Source: a bacterium | GTDB taxonomy: Bacteria; Acidobacteriota; Blastocatellia; HR10 | Assembly (NCBI GenBank): GCA_041640655.1 | Contig: JBEPZV010000050.1 | Span: 1-17,253 of the forward strand | DNA: 17,253 nucleotides | Direction of reading: 5' to 3' | Shown here: positions 8,112 to 17,253 of the stretch, in pieces | Numbering within the stretch: position 1 is the first letter of the stretch | Layout: each line of letters starts with the position of its first letter | The notes under the pieces: model-generated | Database searches by the model: none | Told to the model about the DNA's origin: nothing | The model's input: only the letters and a program-made list of their open reading frames with translations | Program-made: the position numbers and the translations under genes

Positions 8112-8699
8112 TCAGGTCCCTTCGGCATGGAGCTGATGCGAGACGCTGCCCGTGATGATCTCCTCCTCCGCGTGTACGTGCACCGGGCATTCCTGGCGCA
8201 AGACGCGTCGAGCCCCCCGCCACGCCAGAAGATGCGCGATGAGCCGATACGCGTTCCAGGCGAAGAAGACGTTCGGCCCGGGCAAGATCGCCATCGCCGC
8301 CGTCACCGGCAACAGCAGCGCATTGAGGACGACCCCACGCGCATGCGCGCGCGCCCGGCGCCGGAGGAAGCGAAAGAACCGGCGCCGCACAAGCGGAGCC
8401 GAGAGCGAGTCCGGATGCAGGAGCACGATCTCCGCCGCCGTGCGCATGCGCCGCAAGAGCGATTCGCTCGGATCCACGCGCGCCTCCAGCTTCCGAAGCA
8501 ACGCCCGAATCCACGCCATCCGCTCGGTCGTCTCGATCGCGCGGCGCGCATGGTGATATTCGGCCAGCAGCCGTTGCCAGAGCCGACCGATGAGTCCCTG
8601 CGAGAGGACGTGGGCTGGCGAACGCATCTCCTCCTCGCCTTCGGGCTCGGCCTGAAAGCTCCAGCGCTGTCGGGAATCCAGACGCAGCCAGATCCTCAT
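8112..8699 (-). CDS. Hypothetical protein resembling the Mit_KHE1 (mitochondrial K+/H+ exchange-related) family
   Basis: ATGA overlap with the ABC stop codon. Motif run EARVDPSESLLR...LLHPDSL..PLVRRR...H..GVVLNALLLPVTAAMAILPGPNVFFAWNAYRLIAHLLAWRG, containing a hydrophobic hairpin. Confidence 0.7.
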   Translation of the reverse strand: MRIWLRLDSRQRWSFQAEPEGEEEMRSPAHVLSQGLIGRLWQRLLAEYHHARRAIETTERMAWIRALLRKLEARVDPSESLLRRMRTAAEIVLLHPDSLSAPLVRRRFFRFLRRRARAHARGVVLNALLLPVTAAMAILPGPNVFFAWNAYRLIAHLLAWRGARRVLRQECPVHVHAEEEIITGSVSHQLHAEGT

Positions 8700-10516
8700 T
8701 CGCCCCGGGCCACTTCCTCCTCCAGGAGTTGTTCTTCGTACAGCTCCGCATAGAGACCGCCGCGCGTGAGCAGCTCCTCGTGCGTGCCTTGCTCAACCAC
8801 GCGCCCCCGCTCCAGGACGAAGATGCGATCGGCCTCGCGCACCGTCCACAACCGATGCGAGATGAAGAGCACCGTGCGCCGCGCCATGATCGCGCGCACA
8901 TGCGCGAGGATGCGTTCTTCCGTCTGCGCGTCCACAGCCGAGAGCGCATCATCCAGAATCAGGATGCGCGGCCGACGCACGAGCGCGCGCGCGATCGCCA
9001 CGCGCTGCTTCTGCCCACCGGAGAGCATGATCCCTCGCTCCCCCACGATCGTGCGAAAGCCCTCGGGGAACTCCCGAATCTCCTCCTCCAACCCGGCCCA
9101 TCGTGCCGCCTCTTCGATCTCCCTCGGGCCGACGCCGTCCGCGCCGAAGGCGATGTTCTCGGCGATGCTCAGGCTGAAGAGGAACGGCTCCTGAGGGACC
9201 ACACCGAGCGCCGCGCGCAAACGCTCGCGAGGGATGGTGCGAATGTCCCGCCCATCAATGAAGATCGTCCCAGGCGGTGGTTCGTAAAGCCGCGCGAGCA
9301 GATTCACCAAGGTCGTCTTCCCCGCCCCCGTTCGTCCGACGAGGGCCACCGTCTCCCCGGGCTCGATCACCAGGGAGAGATCGCGCAGCACCGGCAGGCG
9401 ATCATCGTAGCCGAAGGTCAGATGTCGGATCTCGATCTTCCCCTGCGGAACCCACCCATCGTCGGACGTCAGCGGAAGCGGCGTCTGGACATCTCGGCTC
9501 TCCGGCTCGCGCTCCAGGATCTCCACGATGCGCTCCATGCTGGCCAAGCCGCGCTCGGCCAAATTCACCACCCATCCCATGGCGATCACCGGCCAGATGA
9601 GTCGCGCCAGATAGAGATTGAACTCCACGAACTGACCGACGCTGATCACCCCCTCCAGAGCGAGCCGCCCCCCGTACCAGAGCACAGCCGCCGATCCGAG
9701 CCCGATGAGGAACGCGAGCGTGGGGTAGAAGAGTCCGGTCAGGCGAATGAGGCGCAGGTTGCGCCGGACGTACTCGCGATTGAGCGCGCGAAAGGCGCGC
9801 CGTTCCGCCTCCTCCTGCCCGTAGGCGCGCACCAGGCGCACGCCGGCGAAATTCTCCTGCGCTTTCGTGCTCAAGCGCGCCAATTGCTCCTGAACCCGCT
9901 CGAAATGGTCGTGGATGCGCGTCCCGAAGAACCGGGTCGCCACCGAGACCAAGGGGAGCGAAACGAGCGCCAGCACCGTCAACCGCCCGCTCACCCGAAT
10001 CATCAGCGGGAGCGCGAGCGCGAAGACGACCACCGCATGCGTCGAGTACATGAGCGCCGGTCCGACCAACATCCGCACGGCGTTCAGATCATTGGTCGCC
10101 CGCGACATCAAATCCCCCGTCCGATACTCGTGGAAGAACTTCGGCTCCAGTCGCTCCAGATGGACGAAGAATTCATTGCGCAGCTCGTACTCGATGTCGC
10201 GCGACATCCCCACCAGCAACCGCCGCTGCCAGAAGAGGAAGACCCCCTGCCCGAGCGCGATGAGGATCACCAGCAGCCCATAGCGGAAGAACTTCTCCGC
10301 CGTCGTCGCCCGCACCAGATCGTCCACGGCATAGCGGACGACCGTCGGCGCCGTGAGTCCGATGGCATCGCCCACGAGGATACAGCCCAGACCGGCGACG
10401 AGCGCGCGGCGATGGCGCATCCAGGCGGCCATGATCCGGCGCCATGCTGGCCGTCGGAATCGCCCACGGCTCCTCGAAGCTCCCCCAGCTCCCCACAAGG
10501 CGCGTCGCATCGTCAA
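8696..10516 (-). CDS. ABC exporter, fused permease and ATPase (MdlA/YheI-like half of a heterodimer); alternative start ATG 10510
   Basis: N-terminal transmembrane domain ([31 protein letters not shown]). Walker [10 protein letters not shown]-loop VPQEPFLF, signature LSGGQKQR, Walker B ILILDD, H-loop ISHR. Confidence 0.95.
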   Translation of the reverse strand: MTMRRALWGAGGASRSRGRFRRPAWRRIMAAWMRHRRALVAGLGCILVGDAIGLTAPTVVRYAVDDLVRATTAEKFFRYGLLVILIALGQGVFLFWQRRLLVGMSRDIEYELRNEFFVHLERLEPKFFHEYRTGDLMSRATNDLNAVRMLVGPALMYSTHAVVVFALALPLMIRVSGRLTVLALVSLPLVSVATRFFGTRIHDHFERVQEQLARLSTKAQENFAGVRLVRAYGQEEAERRAFRALNREYVRRNLRLIRLTGLFYPTLAFLIGLGSAAVLWYGGRLALEGVISVGQFVEFNLYLARLIWPVIAMGWVVNLAERGLASMERIVEILEREPESRDVQTPLPLTSDDGWVPQGKIEIRHLTFGYDDRLPVLRDLSLVIEPGETVALVGRTGAGKTTLVNLLARLYEPPPGTIFIDGRDIRTIPRERLRAALGVVPQEPFLFSLSIAENIAFGADGVGPREIEEAARWAGLEEEIREFPEGFRTIVGERGIMLSGGQKQRVAIARALVRRPRILILDDALSAVDAQTEERILAHVRAIMARRTVLFISHRLWTVREADRIFVLERGRVVEQGTHEELLTRGGLYAELYEEQLLEEEVARGE

Positions 10517-11691
10517 TAGGCTCGAAGCTGCTCCTGATAGGCGAGGAATTGGCGCTTCATCTCCTCGAGCGAATCGCCGCCGAACTTCTCGCGCAGGGCT
10601 TGAGCGAGCACCAGGGCCACCATCGCCTCCCCGATCACGCCAGCCGCGGTGATGGCCGTCACGTCCGAGCGCTCGAAGGCCGCTTCGGCCGGCTCTTTCG
10701 TGAGGATATTGACGCTTCGCAGGGGACGTCGCAGCGTCGAGAGCGGCTTCAGGTATCCGCGCACGCGAATCTCCTCGCCGTTACTGATCCCCCCTTCGAT
10801 GCCGCCGGCGCGGTTCGTCCTGCGGTAGAATCGGCGCTCGGCGTGATCATAGAAGATCTCGTCGTGGACGCGCGAGCCGGGCCAGCGCGCGGCCGCCACG
10901 CCCAGACCGATCTCGACCGCCTTCACCCCCTGGATGGACATGAGGGCCTGCGCCAGCCGTCCATCCAAGCGCCGATCCCACTGCGTGTGCGTGCCCAATC
11001 CGGGCGGCACACCGTGCGCGACGACCTCGAAGAGACCGCCGAGCGTGTCCCCGGCGCGCATCGCCTCTTCAATGCGCGCGATCATGTGCGCCTCCAGCTC
11101 CCGATCGGCGCAGCGCAGGGGCGAATCCTCGGGGATGGCCCGAATCTCCTCCCAGGAGACGTCGTCGCGCGGCTGCTCGGGCACCCCCCCCACCATCAGG
11201 ACGTGACTGCTCACCTCGATGCCGAACTCCCGAAGTAAGAGTTTGGCCAATGCCCCGACCGCCACGCGCGCGGCCGTCTCGCGGGCGCTCGCTCGTTCGA
11301 GAATGTCCCGCAGATCGTGCGTGTTGTACTTCAACCCTCCGGCCAGATCGGCATGCCCCGGACGCGGGCGCACGACGCGTCGCGCCTTCCGCTCATCCTC
11401 GAACGCGCGCGGCTCCAGCGCCATCACCTCCTGCCAATTCGCGAAATCGCGATTCTCGATGAGCAGCGCGATGGGCGAACCGAGCGTCCGCCCGTGCCGC
11501 ACGCCGCTCAGGATCTCCGCGCGATCCCGCTCGATCTTCTGCCGCGCCCCCCGCCCGAACCCCTGCTGCCGCCGCTTGAGCTCGCGCGCGATGAACTCCA
11601 CGTCCACGGGCATCCCCGCGGGAAGCCCCTCCACAAGAGCCACAAGCGCCCGTCCGTGCGATTCCCCGGCTGTGAGAAATCGAATCGTCAT
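10513..11691 (-). CDS. aroC: Chorismate synthase
   Basis: Motifs [73 protein letters not shown] precedes ATG 11691. Confidence 0.98.
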   Translation of the reverse strand: MTIRFLTAGESHGRALVALVEGLPAGMPVDVEFIARELKRRQQGFGRGARQKIERDRAEILSGVRHGRTLGSPIALLIENRDFANWQEVMALEPRAFEDERKARRVVRPRPGHADLAGGLKYNTHDLRDILERASARETAARVAVGALAKLLLREFGIEVSSHVLMVGGVPEQPRDDVSWEEIRAIPEDSPLRCADRELEAHMIARIEEAMRAGDTLGGLFEVVAHGVPPGLGTHTQWDRRLDGRLAQALMSIQGVKAVEIGLGVAAARWPGSRVHDEIFYDHAERRFYRRTNRAGGIEGGISNGEEIRVRGYLKPLSTLRRPLRSVNILTKEPAEAAFERSDVTAITAAGVIGEAMVALVLAQALREKFGGDSLEEMKRQFLAYQEQLRAY

Positions 11692-11699
11692 CGTCCCCC

Positions 11700-13688
<1,989 letters not shown>

Positions 13689-13711
13689 AGCGCCCTCTCA
13701 CCGAACGCTGA

Positions 13712-13741
13712 ATTATAGTCCGGGCGCGCGCGTCGGAGCAA
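13712..13741 (-). promoter_or_regulatory. Sigma70-type promoter for the uvrB cluster
   Basis: Minus strand reads TTGCTC (13741-13736), 18 bp spacer, perfect TATAAT (13717-13712), in GC-rich DNA 23 bp upstream of the uvrB ATG. Confidence 0.65.
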
Positions 13742-13773
13742 AGACCCGCGCTTCACCCCTTTGAGCGCCTGCC

Positions 13774-13803
13774 TTCCCCCACCCGCTCGGTCTCCCGTAT
13801 AAT
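13774..13803 (+). promoter_or_regulatory. Sigma70-type promoter for the response regulator, divergent from uvrB
   Basis: Perfect TATAAT at 13798-13803 with only a weak -35 (TTCCCC, 13774-13779, 18 bp spacer). Confidence 0.5.
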
Positions 13804-13863
13804 GTGCTCTCAACGGTGCGCCGGCGGTGCGTGCGCCACCCGTGCGGGATGGGGGAGAAGGCG

Positions 13864-15252
13864 ATGTTCAAGATCCTCGTCGTGGATGACGAAGAGGCTG
13901 TGCGGACGTTCGTCGAGCGCGCTCTCGCGAGCCAGGAGTGCGAGATCGAGACGGCGGCCGACGCCTCGGAAGCCCTGGAGCGCGTGCGGCAGGAGTTCTT
14001 CGATCTGGTCATCACCGACCTCATGATGTCCCCCCTCTCGGGCATGGACCTGCTGCGCGCTATTAAGGAGACGTCCCCGGAGACGGAGGTCTTCATGATG
14101 ACCGCCTACGGGACGATCGAAACGGCTGTCGAGGCTATGAAGCTCGGCGCATGCGACTACATCACCAAGCCCTTCCCGGTGGATGAACTGCGCCTGCGCG
14201 TGGCCCATGTCCTGGAGAAGAAGCGCCTGCAGCGCGAGAACCGATGGCTGCGCCAAGAGCTGTTTCACCATTTCGGGATCGAGAACCTCATCGGCCAAAG
14301 CCCCGCCTTCCTCGACGCGCTGGAGAAAGTGCGGCGCGTCGCTCCCACCGAAGCCACCGTGCTGCTCACGGGCGAGACCGGCACGGGCAAGGATGTGCTC
14401 GCCCGCGCCATTCACCTGCTGAGCCGACGCGCCTCGCGACCGTTCATCGCGGTCAACTGCGCGGCTCTGCCCGAATCGTTGCTGGAGAGCGAACTCTTCG
14501 GTCACGTCAAAGGCGCCTTCACCGGCGCCGTCGCGAATCGAAGAGGCTTGATCGAAGAAGCCTCGGGAGGGACCTTCTTCTTGGACGAGATCGGAACCGT
14601 CCCGCCCTCGATTCAGGCCAAGCTCCTGCGCGTGCTCGAAGAGAAGGTGATCCGTCGCCTCGGCGAGAATCGCGAGACCCCCGTTGATGTGCGCATCATC
14701 GCGGCGACCAATCGAGACTTGCAAGAAGCGGTGCAGCGTGGAGAATTCCGCGAGGATCTCTACTATCGGCTCAACGTCGTCACCATCCACCTCCCACCGC
14801 TTCGCGCGCGGCGTGAAGATATTCCCCTGTTGGCTCATCACTTCCTCCGCCAATTCACCCGGCGAGATCAGAAAGAGGTCCGGGGCTTCAGCGAAGCCGC
14901 GCTGGCCGCACTCCTGAAGTACGACTTCCCCGGCAACATTCGCGAGCTGCGCCATATTGTGGAACAGGCCGTCGCCCTCGCCTCTGGTCCTTGGATCACG
15001 CTCGCCGACCTGCCGGCCGCAGTTCGAGCCTCCGCTGAGGCCTCGAAAGAAGGCGGGCTCGAAACGGTCCTGAATCAGGTCGAGTGCGATCTCATCCTCC
15101 AGGCCATCCAACGTCACGAAGGTCACCTCGAGCGCGCAGCTCGGGATTTGGGCATGAGTCGCGTCACCCTCTGGCGAAAGATGAAGAAATACGGGCTGAC
15201 CAAACGATTCTCCCCGCCCGCAGACCCGCGCCCGAGAACCCCATCATCCTGA
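13864..15252 (+). CDS. Sigma54-dependent response regulator, NtrC/AtoC family (receiver, AAA+, Fis-type HTH)
   Basis: Receiver motifs ILVVDDE, ITDLMM, MTAYG, GACDYITKPF. AAA+ motifs GETGTGKD, ESELFGHVKGAFTGA, FLDEIG, IIAATNRDL, FREDLYYRLNV, FPGNIREL. HTH AARDLGMSRVTLWRKMKKYG. GGGGGAG precedes ATG 13864. Confidence 0.96.
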   Translation: MFKILVVDDEEAVRTFVERALASQECEIETAADASEALERVRQEFFDLVITDLMMSPLSGMDLLRAIKETSPETEVFMMTAYGTIETAVEAMKLGACDYITKPFPVDELRLRVAHVLEKKRLQRENRWLRQELFHHFGIENLIGQSPAFLDALEKVRRVAPTEATVLLTGETGTGKDVLARAIHLLSRRASRPFIAVNCAALPESLLESELFGHVKGAFTGAVANRRGLIEEASGGTFFLDEIGTVPPSIQAKLLRVLEEKVIRRLGENRETPVDVRIIAATNRDLQEAVQRGEFREDLYYRLNVVTIHLPPLRARREDIPLLAHHFLRQFTRRDQKEVRGFSEAALAALLKYDFPGNIRELRHIVEQAVALASGPWITLADLPAAVRASAEASKEGGLETVLNQVECDLILQAIQRHEGHLERAARDLGMSRVTLWRKMKKYGLTKRFSPPADPRPRTPSS

Positions 15253-15330
15253 CGAAGCGCAGGACGGCGATCGGTCGCCGGCCCCTCCCGCCTGAGCCAT
15301 CCTCGCGACTGACAGATGAGGGGAGCGAGC

Positions 15331-15366
15331 GTTTCAGCCGTGAAATGGGACAAGAGGAGATGAAAC
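15331..15366. promoter_or_regulatory. Candidate upstream activator (enhancer) site for a sigma54 activator
   Basis: Palindrome GTTTCA-gccg-TGAAAT (15331-15346) plus a second half-site TGAAAC (15361-15366) 20 bp further on. Together they lie about 125-160 bp upstream of the -24 element. Confidence 0.5.
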
Positions 15367-15488
15367 ACGAGGGACTGGACCCGCATTCCCTCCCGCGAAG
15401 GCACGCTTCTCGAATAACTCGTTGAAGGCATGAGGCTTGGTCCCACTGTGGCTCGGCGAGCAGGAACCACCCGCGCCCACAGCTTCAT

Positions 15489-15504
15489 CGGCATGTTGCT
15501 TGCT
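15489..15504 (+). promoter_or_regulatory. Sigma54 (-24/-12) promoter
   Basis: CGGCATG-TTGC-TTGCT, with GG at 15490-15491, exactly 10 bp, then GC at 15502-15503. Close to the consensus TGGCACG-N4-TTGCW. Confidence 0.75.
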
Positions 15505-15525
15505 ATACGCTTTCACGCGAGGCGT

Positions 15526-16224
15526 ATGACGAAGGTCAGGACGATCGCCGCCAGTATCGGATGTATAGCGCTCGGCCTTCCCGGAGACGTTCACGCCCAC
15601 GGAGAAGCTTCTGCCTCGGTGACCCACGGGCTGTGGTCGCAGTATGCACACGTCCGACTCCGTGAGAGCGAGGTTCGCCCGGGCGCGTTTGTCGGAGACG
15701 CCCTGGCAGTGCCAGAGCAAGGAGTTTTTCATTTCGCCGTGGAGTCGGAGCTGCGGGAAGTCCTCCTCACCGGTCGCTTCATCGTCTTTCCGGGCGACGG
15801 CCACCGCCCTTCGGGATCACACGCACTCACCGTCGTCGCCGAATCATCCCCTCCTCGTCCGCTGAAGTCCGGTCAGGATCCTCTCCGCTCGCAGGAGTTG
15901 GCGCTTCATGCATCGGCTGTGCAGCCCCCATCCCCCAGGGGCGATGTGGCCAGCGAGGAGCTTCGCCCCATCGCCCCTCTTTCGGTCTCACCGAGCCTGC
16001 CCGGGCGAAGACGCGTCTCCCGTCTGACGGTGATGACCTACTTCATGAATCAGGAGACGAACGTAATGCGGGTGCGGGAGACCGAAATACTCCTTCAACC
16101 GAATCCAGAGATCGGCCATCGCCCGGCATTCCTCGAGGCAATTGAAGAACCTCCGCCGATAGAGGCCATCGGCCAGGACGTGTCGTCGCACATCCGGAGG
16201 CCACCAGGACGCTTCGGCATCTAA
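15526..16224 (+). CDS. Hypothetical, possibly exported protein; 3' extent doubtful, could be a decayed gene
   Basis: ATG just downstream of the sigma54 promoter, GAGG at 15519-15522 (short spacing), and a signal-like N-terminus MTKVRTIAASIGCIALGLPGDVHA. No recognisable domain. The last 237 nt overlap an antisense gene. Confidence 0.35.
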   Translation: MTKVRTIAASIGCIALGLPGDVHAHGEASASVTHGLWSQYAHVRLRESEVRPGAFVGDALAVPEQGVFHFAVESELREVLLTGRFIVFPGDGHRPSGSHALTVVAESSPPRPLKSGQDPLRSQELALHASAVQPPSPRGDVASEELRPIAPLSVSPSLPGRRRVSRLTVMTYFMNQETNVMRVRETEILLQPNPEIGHRPAFLEAIEEPPPIEAIGQDVSSHIRRPPGRFGI

Positions 16225-16305
16225 GAAAGCGAGGTCTTCGAGGATCACACCGATCTCCACGCGTGCCGAGACGCGCGCAAGTTCCTCCAGCAATTCCTCT
16301 CTCAT
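15988..16305 (-). CDS. Small hypothetical protein (105 aa) with an HExxH motif
   Basis: Near-perfect SD GGAGGTGA before ATG 16305. Protein-like helical composition (MREELLEELARVSARVEIGVILEDLAFL...). Contains LLIHEVGHH. Confidence 0.75.
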   Translation of the reverse strand: MREELLEELARVSARVEIGVILEDLAFLDAEASWWPPDVRRHVLADGLYRRRFFNCLEECRAMADLWIRLKEYFGLPHPHYVRLLIHEVGHHRQTGDASSPGQAR

Positions 16306-16443
16306 CGTCACCTCCGCGAGTGAGGTATAGCATGTTGGGCGCGCCGCGCACAACGAAACCCTCGACAGCGCTTCCCACAGGCGCGGTAACAAACGATTCC
16401 CCATGAAGCGCCCGCAGATGGCCCGTGAGAGGCGCGCGACGAC

Positions 16444-16464
16444 AGGGCGTCAAATTGACGCGAT
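16444..16464. promoter_or_regulatory. Putative NrtR-type operator
   Basis: Perfect palindrome GCGTCAA-A-TTGACGC (16447-16461) with a GT-N7-AC core, upstream of pncB and overlapping its -35. Confidence 0.65.
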
Positions 16465-16483
16465 CGGCCTCGTGGGCTACATT
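16455..16483 (+). promoter_or_regulatory. Sigma70-type promoter for pncB
   Basis: TTGACG (16455-16460), 17 bp spacer, TACATT (16478-16483). Confidence 0.7.
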
Positions 16484-16514
16484 TCTTTGGCAAACCTTCG
16501 GCAAGGGGTTCCGC

Positions 16515-17253
16515 ATGCGGGAGCGATCGTACGCGCTGGCGACCGATCTCTACGAGCTGACGATGGCGGCGGCCTATTTCGAGAATCGGATGAATCATCC
16601 CGCCACGTTCGAGGTGTTCGTGCGATCGCTACCGCCGAACCGGAGCTATCTGGTCGCGGCCGGACTCGCGCAGGTGATCGAGTATCTGCTTGAGCTGCGC
16701 TTCACCTCTCGCGATCTCGAATTCTTGCGCCGATTGCCCGTCTTCCGACATGTCTCAGACGCATTCTTCGAGTACCTGAGCGAGTTTCGATTTCGCGGGG
16801 ACGTCTGGGCCATGCCCGAGGGGACCGTCTTCTTCCCGAACGAGCCGATCCTGCGCATCAGGGCGCCGCTCATCGAGGCGCAAATCCTGGAGACCTACGT
16901 GCTCTCGTATCTCAACTTCGAGAGCGCGATCGCGAGCAAAGCGGCTCGCATCGTGGATGCCGCTCGGGGGCGCGCCATCATCGAGTTCGGCGCGCGCCGC
17001 GCCCACGGGATGGAGGCAGCGCTCTATGCCGCACGCGCCGCATATATTGGTGGCTGCATCGGGACGTCGAACGTCGAGGCCGGCTATCTGTTCGGCATCC
17101 CCATTTATGGGACGGCGGCCCATTCCTGGAACATGGCCTTCCCCGATGAACTGGAGGCCTTTCGCGCCTATCTCCGCGTCTTCCCCGAGACGACGATCCT
17201 TCTGATTGACACCTACGACACCCTGAGGGGCGCGCGAAAGGCGACCGAGCTCG
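16515..17253 (+). CDS. pncB: Nicotinate phosphoribosyltransferase, 3'-truncated by the window edge (absent from the ORF track)
   Basis: Manual translation from ATG 16515: MRERSYALATDLYELTMAAAYF..ATFEVFVRSLP..YLVAAGL..AMPEGTVFFPNEP..EAQILET..SAIASKAAR..EFGARRAHG..AARAAYIGG..GTSNVEAG..GTAAHSW..LLIDTYD. SD AAGGGG at 16503-16508. Confidence 0.96.
   Translation, partial: MRERSYALATDLYELTMAAAYFENRMNHPATFEVFVRSLPPNRSYLVAAGLAQVIEYLLELRFTSRDLEFLRRLPVFRHVSDAFFEYLSEFRFRGDVWAMPEGTVFFPNEPILRIRAPLIEAQILETYVLSYLNFESAIASKAARIVDAARGRAIIEFGARRAHGMEAALYAARAAYIGGCIGTSNVEAGYLFGIPIYGTAAHSWNMAFPDELEAFRAYLRVFPETTILLIDTYDTLRGARKATEL

Noticed and set aside
8105..8130. TPP riboswitch before thiE
   Set aside because: Only 7 bp of intergenic space and no TPP aptamer core seen.
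5032..8155. Plus-strand ORFs 5032-6327, 6352-7524 and 6809-8155
   Set aside because: Shadows of selA, the lectin-like gene and thiE.
13810..15126. 438-aa minus-strand ORF
   Set aside because: Antisense shadow of the NtrC-family regulator.
15570..15865. UGA read-through (selenoprotein) in an alternative plus frame downstream of the sigma54 promoter, prompted by selA
   Set aside because: No start or SD for that frame, no redox-motif context around the TGA and no convincing SECIS hairpin.
16324..16353. Minus-strand promoter TTGTGC-18-TATACC (with extended TG) for the HExxH gene
   Set aside because: It lacks the conserved final T of the -10 element. Plausible but not supportable as a feature.
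16484..16514. NAD+ riboswitch in the pncB leader
   Set aside because: The predicted 5' UTR is only about 25 nt, too short for the aptamer.

Overview
High-GC bacterial chromosomal window. Gene content suggests Acidobacteriota, possibly Blastocatellia-like, but that is an inference. Plus strand, left end: a three-gene envelope module made of a 5'-truncated TonB-dependent receptor, a secreted beta-helix-type protein and a small exported hypothetical protein. Converging on it is a stand-alone ribbon-helix-helix/coiled-coil gene with a clear sigma70 promoter and repeated operator-like motifs. A tightly coupled minus-strand cluster follows, in transcription order uvrB, aroC, an ABC exporter with a degenerate Walker B, a bacterial homolog of the mitochondrial Mit_KHE1 family, thiE, a PA-IL-like lectin-domain protein and selA. 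Divergent from it is an NtrC-family sigma54 activator with no kinase in the window. Directly behind the activator lie a candidate enhancer palindrome and a near-consensus sigma54 promoter in front of an unknown, possibly exported ORF. The window ends with a small HExxH-containing gene and the 5' part of pncB, which has a sigma70 promoter overlapped by an NrtR-type palindrome. No rRNA, tRNA, CRISPR array or mobile element was seen. All family assignments come from motif recognition by eye, not from database searches.
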